Source: Clostridia bacterium (GTDB lineage Bacteria; Bacillota; Clostridia; TANB77; CAG-508). Taken from it: a stretch of 64,000 nucleotides of DNA. The translations under genes and the position numbers were made by a program. The first letter of the stretch is position 1. Each line of letters begins with the position of its first letter. Below are positions 56,001 to 64,000 of the stretch, in pieces. The notes beneath the pieces are model-generated. The model was not told where the DNA came from, made no database searches, and saw only the letters and a program-made list of their open reading frames with translations. Location: positions 3,257 to 67,256 of the forward strand of contig JAFTJF010000007.1 of assembly GCA_017456555.1 (NCBI GenBank), read 5' to 3'.

Positions 56001-58105
56001 TTGAAAGTTTCAAATGCATATAATGCCATTAAAACAAATATTGCACAAACATCAATTATTGGTACAAATACTTTCGCAAATTTTTCTTTCTTTTTAGAAA
56101 TAACTCTAAATATGATTAATATTACCCATACTAATGTTGACATTATTCCCAATGCTAAATATTGGTCTGTATTTGTATTTCTATAAGTTTTGTTTACTAT
56201 ATTTGGTGCAGTTGTTTTTTGTTTTAATAAAACAGAATTTAATGCCAAATCTGAAGATTCATCTATTGCCATTGCATATAAATCTGCAGCAGTCATTCCA
56301 TCATCTAAAACTATATCTTCTAATGCAAGTTTTATATTATCTATTGATAAATCATTTTCAGCTAAAGATAATATTGCTTCATCTAAAATACTTACAAGCA
56401 ATGCTGAATCAACTTTTTCATTTGATTCATTTGTTGTTACAAATTTTACATCTAATGTATCACCCGGTTTATATTCTTCTTTACTTGGCTCAACAGAAAT
56501 ATTTAATTCTTTATTTGGTTTTATAAAAATTGTTTTTTTAGAATAATTCGCTAAAGAATTATAGTTATAATCATATGTGTAAAATCTATTTGAATTTGAT
56601 CTAGTATTTGGAACATATATATCTACAATTCCAGATACATCTTCTAAATTAATTTTTACACTTTCTTCATCTGTTGCTATTGTTTTTATTAGCTCATTAG
56701 CTTTAAAAACATATATATTTTTAGTATTTGTATCAACTTTTGAATTTATAGTTATTTCAATATCTTCTCCAACATTGTATTTAACTTTATCTGTTTTTAT
56801 TAAAGCTGAAAAATTACTATTTATTAAAGCTTTATGATTTTTAGATACTTTATTTCCGTTCATATCTTCTGATTCAACAGTTATTATTTGATATTCTGTA
56901 GTTTCTAAATTTTCTGTTTCACTAGCTGTTAAAGTAATTTTTCCAATTCCATTTTCATCTGAAATTACTTGCTTTGAAACATTTCCAATTTTTACTGTTG
57001 AATAAGTTTTAATAGGAGTTCCTGTTACTTCTTTTGTAATAACATATATATCATTATCTATTCCTTGAGCAATTTCTGAATATTCAGGAATTACTTCTAT
57101 TTCATATAAATCTGTTCCACAGAAAATTGTTTTTGATTCTTGAACTAAATAGTTAGAAGTATCTGTTACTGAAAAATCTAGAGCTATTTTTGAAGCTTCT
57201 TTAAATTCATGTTCAAAAACAAAGCTACCATTTTCATCTGTAATTCCTACAACATCTTTTCCATTAATAGTTCCTTTTATTTCTGCGTTCTTTACGGGTT
57301 CACCAAAGAAATATTTTCCTGAAACTGTAATTTTAGCTGTTTCTCCAACAATATACGCTTCTTTATCTGTAGATACAGAAACTTCAAAATTTGGTGTTAT
57401 ATATGGATTTACAGTAAAGTTTTTACTTACCTCTTGTCTTCCAGTTTCAACTTTTAGTTTGTAAGTTCCACTATTTACTTCATCAGCCAATTTAAAATTT
57501 CCTGAAACAATACCATATTCTGAAGACATTGCTTCATTTATATAAACTCTATTATCATTTCCATCATATATTGAAACTTTTATATTTTGGCTTACTGGTT
57601 CATTTTCTTTTTTTGAAACCATTAAAACTCTAAAGTTTATTTCATCACCTGGTTTATAAATTCCTTTATCTAATGATATTATTACATTTGATTTAATATC
57701 ATTTACGATTGTTATTGGAATTTCAGCTGTGTCCAAATAAAATCCTGATTTTGATTTTACTTTTAAAGTATACTTACCAGATTCTAAATCCTTTGGTAAA
57801 CTTAAAGAAATTTCTCCTTCTTCACCTTTTTCAATTTCACATTTTGCTGAAATATCTTTTACTTTTTTATTATCACTATCATATAGATTTGCTGTTATTT
57901 TACTTTCCATTGATTTATAAGTATCAGTATTTGTTACAGCAATAGTGGCATTTATATCTGTTCCACTGTAATAATTTGTACTTGTTTTTACTGTTATTCT
58001 TTGTTTTCCTTTCGCAAAAAAAGACCAAAAATAATAACAAGAAAAAACTATAAGTAAGGCAATTATTATATATAATATGATTTTACCTACTTTTTTCTTA
58101 GTCAT
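53063..58105 (-). CDS. Alpha-2-macroglobulin family thioester protein with inserted polytopic membrane domain
   Basis: DKGIYKPGD and DKEAYIVGE MG-domain motifs, SDNITTW, PTGCFEQ thioester (54500-54511), WGTTQGT, DYYNP; about 8 hydrophobic segments at 55450-56160. Confidence 0.88.
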   Translation of the reverse strand: MTKKKVGKIILYIIIALLIVFSCYYFWSFFAKGKQRITVKTSTNYYSGTDINATIAVTNTDTYKSMESKITANLYDSDNKKVKDISAKCEIEKGEEGEISLSLPKDLESGKYTLKVKSKSGFYLDTAEIPITIVNDIKSNVIISLDKGIYKPGDEINFRVLMVSKKENEPVSQNIKVSIYDGNDNRVYINEAMSSEYGIVSGNFKLADEVNSGTYKLKVETGRQEVSKNFTVNPYITPNFEVSVSTDKEAYIVGETAKITVSGKYFFGEPVKNAEIKGTINGKDVVGITDENGSFVFEHEFKEASKIALDFSVTDTSNYLVQESKTIFCGTDLYEIEVIPEYSEIAQGIDNDIYVITKEVTGTPIKTYSTVKIGNVSKQVISDENGIGKITLTASETENLETTEYQIITVESEDMNGNKVSKNHKALINSNFSALIKTDKVKYNVGEDIEITINSKVDTNTKNIYVFKANELIKTIATDEESVKINLEDVSGIVDIYVPNTRSNSNRFYTYDYNYNSLANYSKKTIFIKPNKELNISVEPSKEEYKPGDTLDVKFVTTNESNEKVDSALLVSILDEAILSLAENDLSIDNIKLALEDIVLDDGMTAADLYAMAIDESSDLALNSVLLKQKTTAPNIVNKTYRNTNTDQYLALGIMSTLVWVILIIFRVISKKKEKFAKVFVPIIDVCAIFVLMALYAFETFNVMSNGFMVFTILVLAIIAYLLFLYKERDFIFKMIAELIVVPLFALIGVYLISGVFTLIFDSYIDEMFALILGVLILLTLLEFAILKSLSRKKELNKPLTKIYEFSSIISKAVVFWISTIALSEITEFSLLIVIAIYFVYRKFILKETKTKLQDGKIVLNLNASELAGMLVGVLLIIIVIIMTFTSNFAGNITVNDSMSMGGVIQESGTITNFSDPSLDSAMNFATDSIGASKSESTTSSIFDFDISQDSKLESSVTEDIALEDGVVESESEKEIDAQENVRNIFLESLAFIPELVTENGEVNLSTQISDNITTWNIQTVGNTKDGNIGYATGSFKVFKEFFIDYTLPANSVVTDKVSIPVTLYNYTENKLTIDLNVKENDWMTIGEYEKQVSVEPNASKMIYLPIEILKAGNNTLRIESKSGEISDIVEKSLVVKPNGFEKNDVVSSGMIENKYSQDIIFNEKAIDGTQKIKVKLYASPVAQIIENIDAMLAMPTGCFEQTSSSLYPDILVLKYLRENDLNNAELEEMALEYISKGYQKLLTYEVKSEKGGYSLYGDAPAEPVITAFGLMEFDELSEVYPVEESVLMDMIEYLFDVQNVNGTFDYNSTYIGGAASNNDLAMNAYIIWALSEVVPKDERLEKSVSYLENKIDEISDNYTLALLANIFANTENKNLANEVLKMINQNIQTSENGAYITSGITDYYGTRGKYQNIQATALTSMALTKLNSNEKNNSEFIEFLVSQKDARGSWGTTQGTILALKAINSYTQNSDLKDQTITVKLNDQEQKIDIKENALDVYELEFDNVSKENRFSIDMKKGKITYEIIKNYYQKYDDLEKNENLVVTQNIRTEQTVDEVNQTINTNAFAKVNDILNQTITVKNNEEYIENGLLEINIPQGTTPIEESLLNLKYKGLIEKYEYNYNKINIYLRSFEVGREITLDIQYRALYPETITGAAIRFFDYYNPDVEGICNPVNIGITE

Positions 58106-58191
58106 AGAAACCTCCCATTATCTTTTGTTTATACCATTATTTTACAGATAATCAATATTTTTTACAATATCATTTATGTAACAATTTATTC

Positions 58192-58231
58192 AAAAAAAGA
58201 GTTTGTTTAAAACACGTTTAAACAAACTCTT
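58192..58231 (-). terminator. Terminator after the 84-aa ORF
   Basis: aagagtttgtttaaa-acacg-tttaaacaaactctt. Confidence 0.8.
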
Positions 58232-58268
58232 ACCTTATACTTTATTTACAACTTAAACTTTGAAAAAA

Positions 58269-58523
58269 TTAATTTTTCTTTTTAAACCAATTAAATATAT
58301 TGATTTCTTGGAATAAGAAATCATGTAATTCTGGGAATTTTACTTCTTGGAATAAAAAGTCATGAACTTCTGTTAACACTTTTTCCTCTTTTGGTGTTAA
58401 TTCTAATACTATTGGTTTATTCCAATCTAATTCATTAAAGAATTTTTTAACTTTTCCCCATGTACCAACAACCATTGGTAAATTTCCTGCATTCTCTGTT
58501 TCAACTAATTTATATTCTTTCAT
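58269..58523 (-). CDS. Small hypothetical protein with an internal 13-aa tandem duplication
   Basis: GGGAGG RBS, candidate TTGATA-17-TATAAA promoter, own terminator. Confidence 0.6.
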   Translation of the reverse strand: MKEYKLVETENAGNLPMVVGTWGKVKKFFNELDWNKPIVLELTPKEEKVLTEVHDFLFQEVKFPELHDFLFQEINIFNWFKKKN

Positions 58524-58652
58524 TATTATAATTTCCTCCCTAGTACAAAGTATTTCTACTTATATATTTTATACTATATAACGAAAGTTTTATCAATAAA
58601 ATTTAAATTAAGTTTATATTAATTTTTAATTACCAATTTGTTACATTTTGTA

Positions 58653-59948
58653 TTATTTTGCAATTAAAGTCAAATCCTCTTTACCTATTATTTCAACTTC
58701 TTTGATTTCATTATCAAAATTTTCTTCTGACTTCATTTTTACCATTATGTAGTTTGCAGTATGTCCTTTATAGAAATCCCCATCTTTTTCTTCAAATAAA
58801 ACTTCTACTTTTTTTCCAATATATGTATCCAAATATTCATTTTCATTTTTATCAGATAATTCAAGCAATCTTTTACTTCTAATTTCTTTTACATCTCCTT
58901 GAATTTGATTTTTCATGGCTTCTGCTTTTGTTCCTCTTCTTGGAGAGTATTTAAAAACATGCATTTTATAAAATTTTATTTTTTCTAAGAAATTATATGT
59001 TTCTTCAAACTCTGCTTCTGACTCATCCGGAAAACCAACAATTATGTCTGTTGTTAAAATAACATCATTGTAATTTTTTCTTAATCTTTGAACAATCTCT
59101 TCAAATTCTTTTATTGTATATCTTCTATTCATTCTTTTTAAAGTTTCTGTACATCCACTTTGAAGAGATAAATGAAAATGATGACATATTTTGTCTAATT
59201 TTGTAAGTCGATTAATAAATTCTTCTGTAATTAATAAAGGTTCTATCGATCCAAGTCTTATTCTTTCTATTCCGTCCATTTTATTAATTTCTTCTAATAA
59301 ATCAATTAATCTATACTCTTCCTTAAAATCTTTTCCATATGATGCAACATGAATTCCTGTTATTACAACTTCTTTTATTCCTTTTAAAGCTATTTCTTTT
59401 ATTTCTTTAATAACACTTTCCGGATTTCTACTTCTTACTCTTCCTCTAGCATAAGGAATTATACAATAAGAGCAAAATCTATCACATCCATCTTGAACTT
59501 TTATTACAGCTCTAGTTTTTTCTGTATATGTTACACTTCCAAAATCTCCATATTCTTTGTTTTGCATAACATCATCTATTTTATCTAATTTTTCTTTTTC
59601 ATTTATATACTCTTCCACATATTTTACAATATTTGTTTTTTCATTAGTTCCAAGTACTAAATCTATTTCTGGAATTTTTTCAATTTCATCTTTAGCCACT
59701 TGAACATAACATCCAACTGCAACAACAATAGATTCTTTATTATTCTTCTTTGCTTGTCTTAACATTTGTCTAGATTTTCTATCTGACATATTTGTTACTG
59801 TACATGTATTTATTACATAAATATCTGCACTTGAGTCAAATTCACAAATATCATATCCATTGTTTTGAAAACTTTGAATCATTCCATTTGTTTCATATTG
59901 ATTAACTTTACAACCTAAAGTTAAAAATGCAACTTTTCTTTTTTCCAT
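58653..59948 (-). CDS. mtaB: tRNA t6A37 methylthiotransferase MtaB
   Basis: TLGCKVNQYE, NTCTVT, QDGCDRFCSYC radical SAM motif. Confidence 0.95.
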   Translation of the reverse strand: MEKRKVAFLTLGCKVNQYETNGMIQSFQNNGYDICEFDSSADIYVINTCTVTNMSDRKSRQMLRQAKKNNKESIVVAVGCYVQVAKDEIEKIPEIDLVLGTNEKTNIVKYVEEYINEKEKLDKIDDVMQNKEYGDFGSVTYTEKTRAVIKVQDGCDRFCSYCIIPYARGRVRSRNPESVIKEIKEIALKGIKEVVITGIHVASYGKDFKEEYRLIDLLEEINKMDGIERIRLGSIEPLLITEEFINRLTKLDKICHHFHLSLQSGCTETLKRMNRRYTIKEFEEIVQRLRKNYNDVILTTDIIVGFPDESEAEFEETYNFLEKIKFYKMHVFKYSPRRGTKAEAMKNQIQGDVKEIRSKRLLELSDKNENEYLDTYIGKKVEVLFEEKDGDFYKGHTANYIMVKMKSEENFDNEIKEVEIIGKEDLTLIAK

Positions 59949-59985
59949 TTATAGATTCTTCCTTTCTAAAAATTAAATTATTCCT

Positions 59986-60024
59986 TTTAAAAGAAGCACT
60001 TAATTTTTTTAAGTGCTTCTTTTA
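59986..60024 (-). terminator. Terminator after mreB/mbl
   Basis: ttaaaagaagcactta...taagtgcttcttttaa. Confidence 0.75.
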
Positions 60025-60053
60025 AGAGTTGTATAAGTATAAGGATTTTATTA

Positions 60054-61055
60054 TTATTTTCTCATTCTATCAATACTATCTAGGTTATCTAAAGCTTTTC
60101 CTGTTCCTTTAGCAACACATGAAATAGCATCTTCTGCGATCATTACATTTATTCCTGTTTTTTCTTGTAATAATCTATCTAAGCCATCAATTAAGCATCC
60201 TCCACCTGTCATGTAAATTCCTTTATCACTAATATCTGCTGCAAGTTCTGGTGGTGTTCTTTCTAAAACTGAGTGAACAGCATCTATAATTAGCATTGCA
60301 GGTTCTTCTAATGCTTCCATCATTTCACTTGAATAAACTGTTATTGTTTTTGGAAGACCAGTTATTAAATCTCTTCCTCTAACATCCATTTCCATATCTT
60401 GAATTTTTGGAAATACACAACCAATTTGTTGTTTTAATTCTTCTGCTGTTCTTTCACCAATCATTACATTGTGTCTTTTCTTTAAATATTTGATAATATA
60501 TTCATCAAATTTATCTCCAGCAACTTTTATTGATGAACTTACAACAGAACCACCAAGAGAAATAACTGCGATATCAGTTGTTCCACCACCAATATCTACT
60601 ATCATATTTCCACATGGTTTTGATATATCTATTCCTGCACCTATTGCAGCAGCTATTGGTTCTTCTATTAAATAAACTTTTCTAGCTCCAGCATTTGATG
60701 CAGCATCTATAACTGCTTTTTTCTCAACTTCAGTAACTTGAGAAGGAATACAAATCATAATTCTTGGAGCAAATAAAAATCTTCCTCCAATTTTTCCTAT
60801 AAAATATTTAAGCATTTTCTCTGTTACTGTGTAATCTGAAATTACTCCATCTCTTAAAGGTCTTGTTGCAACTATATTTCCTGGTGTTCTTCCAAGCATT
60901 CTTCTAGCTTCATGACCAACAGCTAAAACTTCTCCTGTTAAGTTGTTTACAGCAACCACAGATGGTTCTCTTAAAACAATGCCTTTGCCTTTTACATATG
61001 CAATTACTGAAGCTGTTCCCAAATCTAGCCCAATATCTTGTCCAAACATTAACAA
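60054..61055 (-). CDS. mreB: Rod shape-determining actin homolog (MreB family; Mbl-like, no mreCD adjacent)
   Basis: DLGTA, EPSVVA, PLRDGVI, DIGGGTTD, TGGG. Confidence 0.9.
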   Translation of the reverse strand: MLMFGQDIGLDLGTASVIAYVKGKGIVLREPSVVAVNNLTGEVLAVGHEARRMLGRTPGNIVATRPLRDGVISDYTVTEKMLKYFIGKIGGRFLFAPRIMICIPSQVTEVEKKAVIDAASNAGARKVYLIEEPIAAAIGAGIDISKPCGNMIVDIGGGTTDIAVISLGGSVVSSSIKVAGDKFDEYIIKYLKKRHNVMIGERTAEELKQQIGCVFPKIQDMEMDVRGRDLITGLPKTITVYSSEMMEALEEPAMLIIDAVHSVLERTPPELAADISDKGIYMTGGGCLIDGLDRLLQEKTGINVMIAEDAISCVAKGTGKALDNLDSIDRMRK

Positions 61056-61357
61056 TCTCTCCTTTAAGTTTTTATATACAAGTATATATATTACATTTGC
61101 ATTACGATTATATTACATTTATCAATAAATATCAACCCTTTTTACAATTAAATTAATATAAAATTTTCACGCATTATAACTCTATCTTTTCGTTGATATA
61201 TAAGCATTTTCACATTTTTTATACTCTTTTTATAAATCCTTTATCTTTATTTTCTAATAAATTCATAAAATATAAGTTTTTATTTGTATTAAGAATTCAC
61301 TTGTGTTATAATACCTTTGACTAAATATATAAGATTTTATAAAAGGAAGTAAATTAT

Positions 61358-62299
61358 ATGGAAAAAATATCAATAATTGTGCCATGTTATAATGAAGAAA
61401 AAGCTTTACCATTATTTTATGAAGAATTACAAAAAAATATTAAAACTTTTCCAAAAAATGTTTGTTTTGAAATCATTTTTGTAAATGATGGTTCAAAAGA
61501 TCATACATTAAACGTTATTAAAAATTTAAGCAAAAAAGATGATTCTATAAAATATATTTCATTTTCTAGAAACTTTGGAAAAGAATCTGCTATTTATGCA
61601 GGTCTAGAAAACTCAACTGGAGATTATGTAACATTAATGGATGCAGATCTTCAAGATCCACCATCTCTTTTAAAAGAAATGTATAGATTAGTTACAGAAG
61701 AAAATTATGATGCAGTTGGAACAAGACGTGTTAATCGTAAAGGTGAACCAATAATAAGAAGCTTTTTTGCAAAACTTTTCTATAAATTAATAAACAAAAT
61801 GACTCCTTTTGAAATGGTCGATGGAGCCAGAGATTTTGTTTTTATGAAAAGAACCGTTGTAAATTCTTTACTTTCTTTAAAAGAATATAATAGATATTCA
61901 AAAGGATTATTTAGTTTTGTTGGTTATGATGTAAAATGGCTTGAATATGAAAACATTCAAAGAGTTGCAGGAACAACAAAATGGTCTTTTTGGAAATTAA
62001 CAAAATATGCCCTAGAAGGAATTACAGCTTTTTCAACAACACCACTTCTTATTTCTTCTGCTATAGGTTTAATATTTTGCATAGTATCGTTTTTAATGAT
62101 ATTATTAATTATCTTCAAAACATTAATTTTAGGAGATCCTACAAGTGGATGGCCTTCACTTGTTTGTATAATATTTATGGTTAGTGGGATTCAATTATTC
62201 TCTTTGGGAATTATTGGGCAATACTTATCAAAAACATATTTAGAAGTAAAACAAAGACCTTTATACTTCATTAAAGATACAAATATAGAAAATAAATAA
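61358..62299 (+). CDS. GT2 glycosyltransferase, GtrB/CsbB-like (polyprenyl-phosphate sugar transferase)
   Basis: VPCYNEE, VNDGSKD, FSRNFGKESA, DADLQDPP, 2 C-terminal TMs. Confidence 0.92.
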   Translation: MEKISIIVPCYNEEKALPLFYEELQKNIKTFPKNVCFEIIFVNDGSKDHTLNVIKNLSKKDDSIKYISFSRNFGKESAIYAGLENSTGDYVTLMDADLQDPPSLLKEMYRLVTEENYDAVGTRRVNRKGEPIIRSFFAKLFYKLINKMTPFEMVDGARDFVFMKRTVVNSLLSLKEYNRYSKGLFSFVGYDVKWLEYENIQRVAGTTKWSFWKLTKYALEGITAFSTTPLLISSAIGLIFCIVSFLMILLIIFKTLILGDPTSGWPSLVCIIFMVSGIQLFSLGIIGQYLSKTYLEVKQRPLYFIKDTNIENK

Positions 62300-62307
62300 T
62301 AACTATA

Positions 62308-62337
62308 CTTAGAGCATATATATGCTCTAAGTTTTTT
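62308..62337. terminator. Terminator between convergent genes
   Basis: cttagagcatatatatgctctaag followed by a T-run. Confidence 0.75.
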
Positions 62338-62343
62338 ATTGTT

Positions 62344-62770
62344 TTAAAATATATTTTTTAATTTTAAAGAATCTTTTTCTCTAAAATGATTCAACCAATA
62401 TATAAACTCTTCCCCATCTTCTAACGCATCTGTAAATTCTTTATTCTTACAATTTTCTTCCAACACAACTAAGCATTTGCTTACTTTCTCAAGCTCATCA
62501 TGTTCAATAAAAAAAGCCAATTTATCTTGAGCTTTAAACCAATTTGTTTTTAAATTTTCAATTTCTTCGTTTAATTCATCTTCATTATTTTTTTCAAGTT
62601 TATTATTCTTATATAAATTATTTATTTCTTCTAATTTCAAATTTACTAAATTTATCTTTTCTTCTACTTCTCCGTGACCATTTATTAGAGGCATAATTAG
62701 TTATCAAATCTATTCCAATAACAAAAGTAATGATAAAAATAACTATGAAGAATTCTTTTTTTAATCTCAT
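62344..62770 (-). CDS. DUF4363-family protein, split by a +1 frameshift at CGG 62674-62672 (about 141 aa if rejoined)
   Basis: ATG 62770 overlaps the DUF421 stop (ATGA) and encodes the expected N-terminal TM (MRLKKEFFIVIFIITFVIGI); the conserved 'W......LAFFIEHDELEKV ... NIF' part is in the +1 frame; sequence TCA-C-GGA-GAA. Confidence 0.8.
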
Positions 62771-63444
62771 TTTTTTCCTTCCTTTTTTTGACAAAAAATT
62801 GATCCATCTCCATTTAGAACAACAACTAACGCCTCTTCTGGTTTCATTTTAAATTTACCAACTTCTTTTTCTAGCCATTTGTAATTTTTACCTATTTTAT
62901 TTAAATTATCTCCCATTATTCTTCCATCAATAACTAAATCATACGCAATACCTTCATATTCTGCATTTATATTAAAATCTTCTGGTCTTAAAGCTCTTTT
63001 TTCTGGTTTTTGAACAACACTAATTTGTCCACTTGTTTCTAAAATCGCAAATTCTACATCACCTAAATTATTAATATTGTTAACTCTTAATCTTTCTTGT
63101 AATTCATTTATTGTAAAATTTTCTTGTATTAAAGCAGTTTCATCTATCTTTCCTCTATATATTAAAATCCTAGGTTTCCCACATATTATTTCTCTCATTT
63201 TTATACTTTTTAAATTTATTACTGAAATAACTATATGCATCATTAGTAAACAAAGTATTGGTATTATTCCATATATAATTGGTGTTCCAACATCAGACAT
63301 TGGAGTTGCAGCAAGATCTGCAATCATCATAGCAATAACAAGTTCAAAAGGTTGCATTTGGCCAATTTCTCTTTTCCCCATAAATCTCATTACAAATAAT
63401 ACCAAAATATATATAATTATTGTCCTTACAAATATTAATATCAT
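62767..63444 (-). CDS. DUF421/YetF-family membrane protein
   Basis: RFMGKREIGQMQPFELV, AILETSGQISV. Confidence 0.93.
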   Translation of the reverse strand: MILIFVRTIIIYILVLFVMRFMGKREIGQMQPFELVIAMMIADLAATPMSDVGTPIIYGIIPILCLLMMHIVISVINLKSIKMREIICGKPRILIYRGKIDETALIQENFTINELQERLRVNNINNLGDVEFAILETSGQISVVQKPEKRALRPEDFNINAEYEGIAYDLVIDGRIMGDNLNKIGKNYKWLEKEVGKFKMKPEEALVVVLNGDGSIFCQKKEGKK

Positions 63445-63632
63445 ACAATCCTCTAATTTAAATCATCTCTTGAAATTTATTCAAAATTTATAATTATTTT
63501 ATATACAAATTTTATATGAATATTTTTCGCAAAAATTATTAAAATATACTTATATTTGTTTATTTAAATAATTAATACTTAAATTTATTTTTTTAATCAA
63601 ATATACTTTTTAAAGTTAAGGAGGTAAAACCA

Positions 63633-64000
63633 ATGGAAAACAATAATTCAAGTACCCAATCTAATAGTACAATGGGAACAGTTGGACAAATTATTGGTAG
63701 ATTTGTTGTTGCTGCTATTATTTTAGGAATCACAGCTTTTTTCACACCTGGTTTTTCTATAAATAATATATGGTCTCTTGCAATATCTGCAATTGTTTTA
63801 ACTGTTATGGATTATCTTATAATAAAATTCACAGGATTACATGTAATGGCTTTTGGTAAAGGATTTGTTGGATTTGTATTAGCAGTAGTAGTCTTGTATG
63901 CAACTCAGTTTTTTGTTTCAGGTTATTCAATTTCATGGATGGCTGCAATTATTGGAGCTTTAATTTATGGAGTTATTGATTATATAATGCCTGGAGAACA
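63633..64000 (+). CDS. 4-TM phage-holin-family (DUF360/YvlD-like) membrane protein, truncated by the window end
   Basis: AAGGAGG RBS, ATG 63633, MENNNSS...GRFVVAAIILGITAFFTPGFSI...AAIIGALIYG. Confidence 0.75.
   Translation, partial: MENNNSSTQSNSTMGTVGQIIGRFVVAAIILGITAFFTPGFSINNIWSLAISAIVLTVMDYLIIKFTGLHVMAFGKGFVGFVLAVVVLYATQFFVSGYSISWMAAIIGALIYGVIDYIMPGE

Noticed and set aside
63633-64000. Prophage signalled by a holin-family gene
   Set aside because: This family is a common chromosomal membrane protein; no phage genes in the window

Overview
Very AT-rich chromosomal segment of a spore-forming Clostridia-type Firmicute (spoIIIAA-AH, dpaA, polC), with nearly all genes on the - strand. It is mostly core genes: ftsH, alr, a FemABX-type transferase, cysS, PBP1A, dprA, folD, uppP, polC, rseP, cdsA, uppS, frr, pyrH, greA, gap-pgk-tpiA-gpmI, mtaB and mreB/mbl. 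Five observations stand out. (1) Two unrelated host genes (rseP and a DUF4363 gene) are each broken by one extra C that creates an in-frame CGG ahead of a Gly codon (C-GGN). In my manual scan these are the only in-frame CGG codons in host-like genes, which suggests +1 recoding at CGG, though sequencing error must be excluded. (2) A three-gene operon encodes a single-module C-A(Gly)-T-R NRPS, a membrane histidine kinase and a REC-HD-GYP phosphodiesterase, a candidate acyl-glycinal/N-acylethanolamine signalling circuit. (3) An alpha-2-macroglobulin has an intact CFEQ thioester motif and about 8 TM segments inserted in its middle. (4) Two intergenic rod-like imperfect palindromes of about 220-280 bp have locally shifted codon usage around them. 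(5) Two GC-richer solo genes on the + strand have their own promoters, structured leaders sharing an RGGCYAA loop, and terminators. No rRNA, tRNA, CRISPR array, integrase or transposase was seen.
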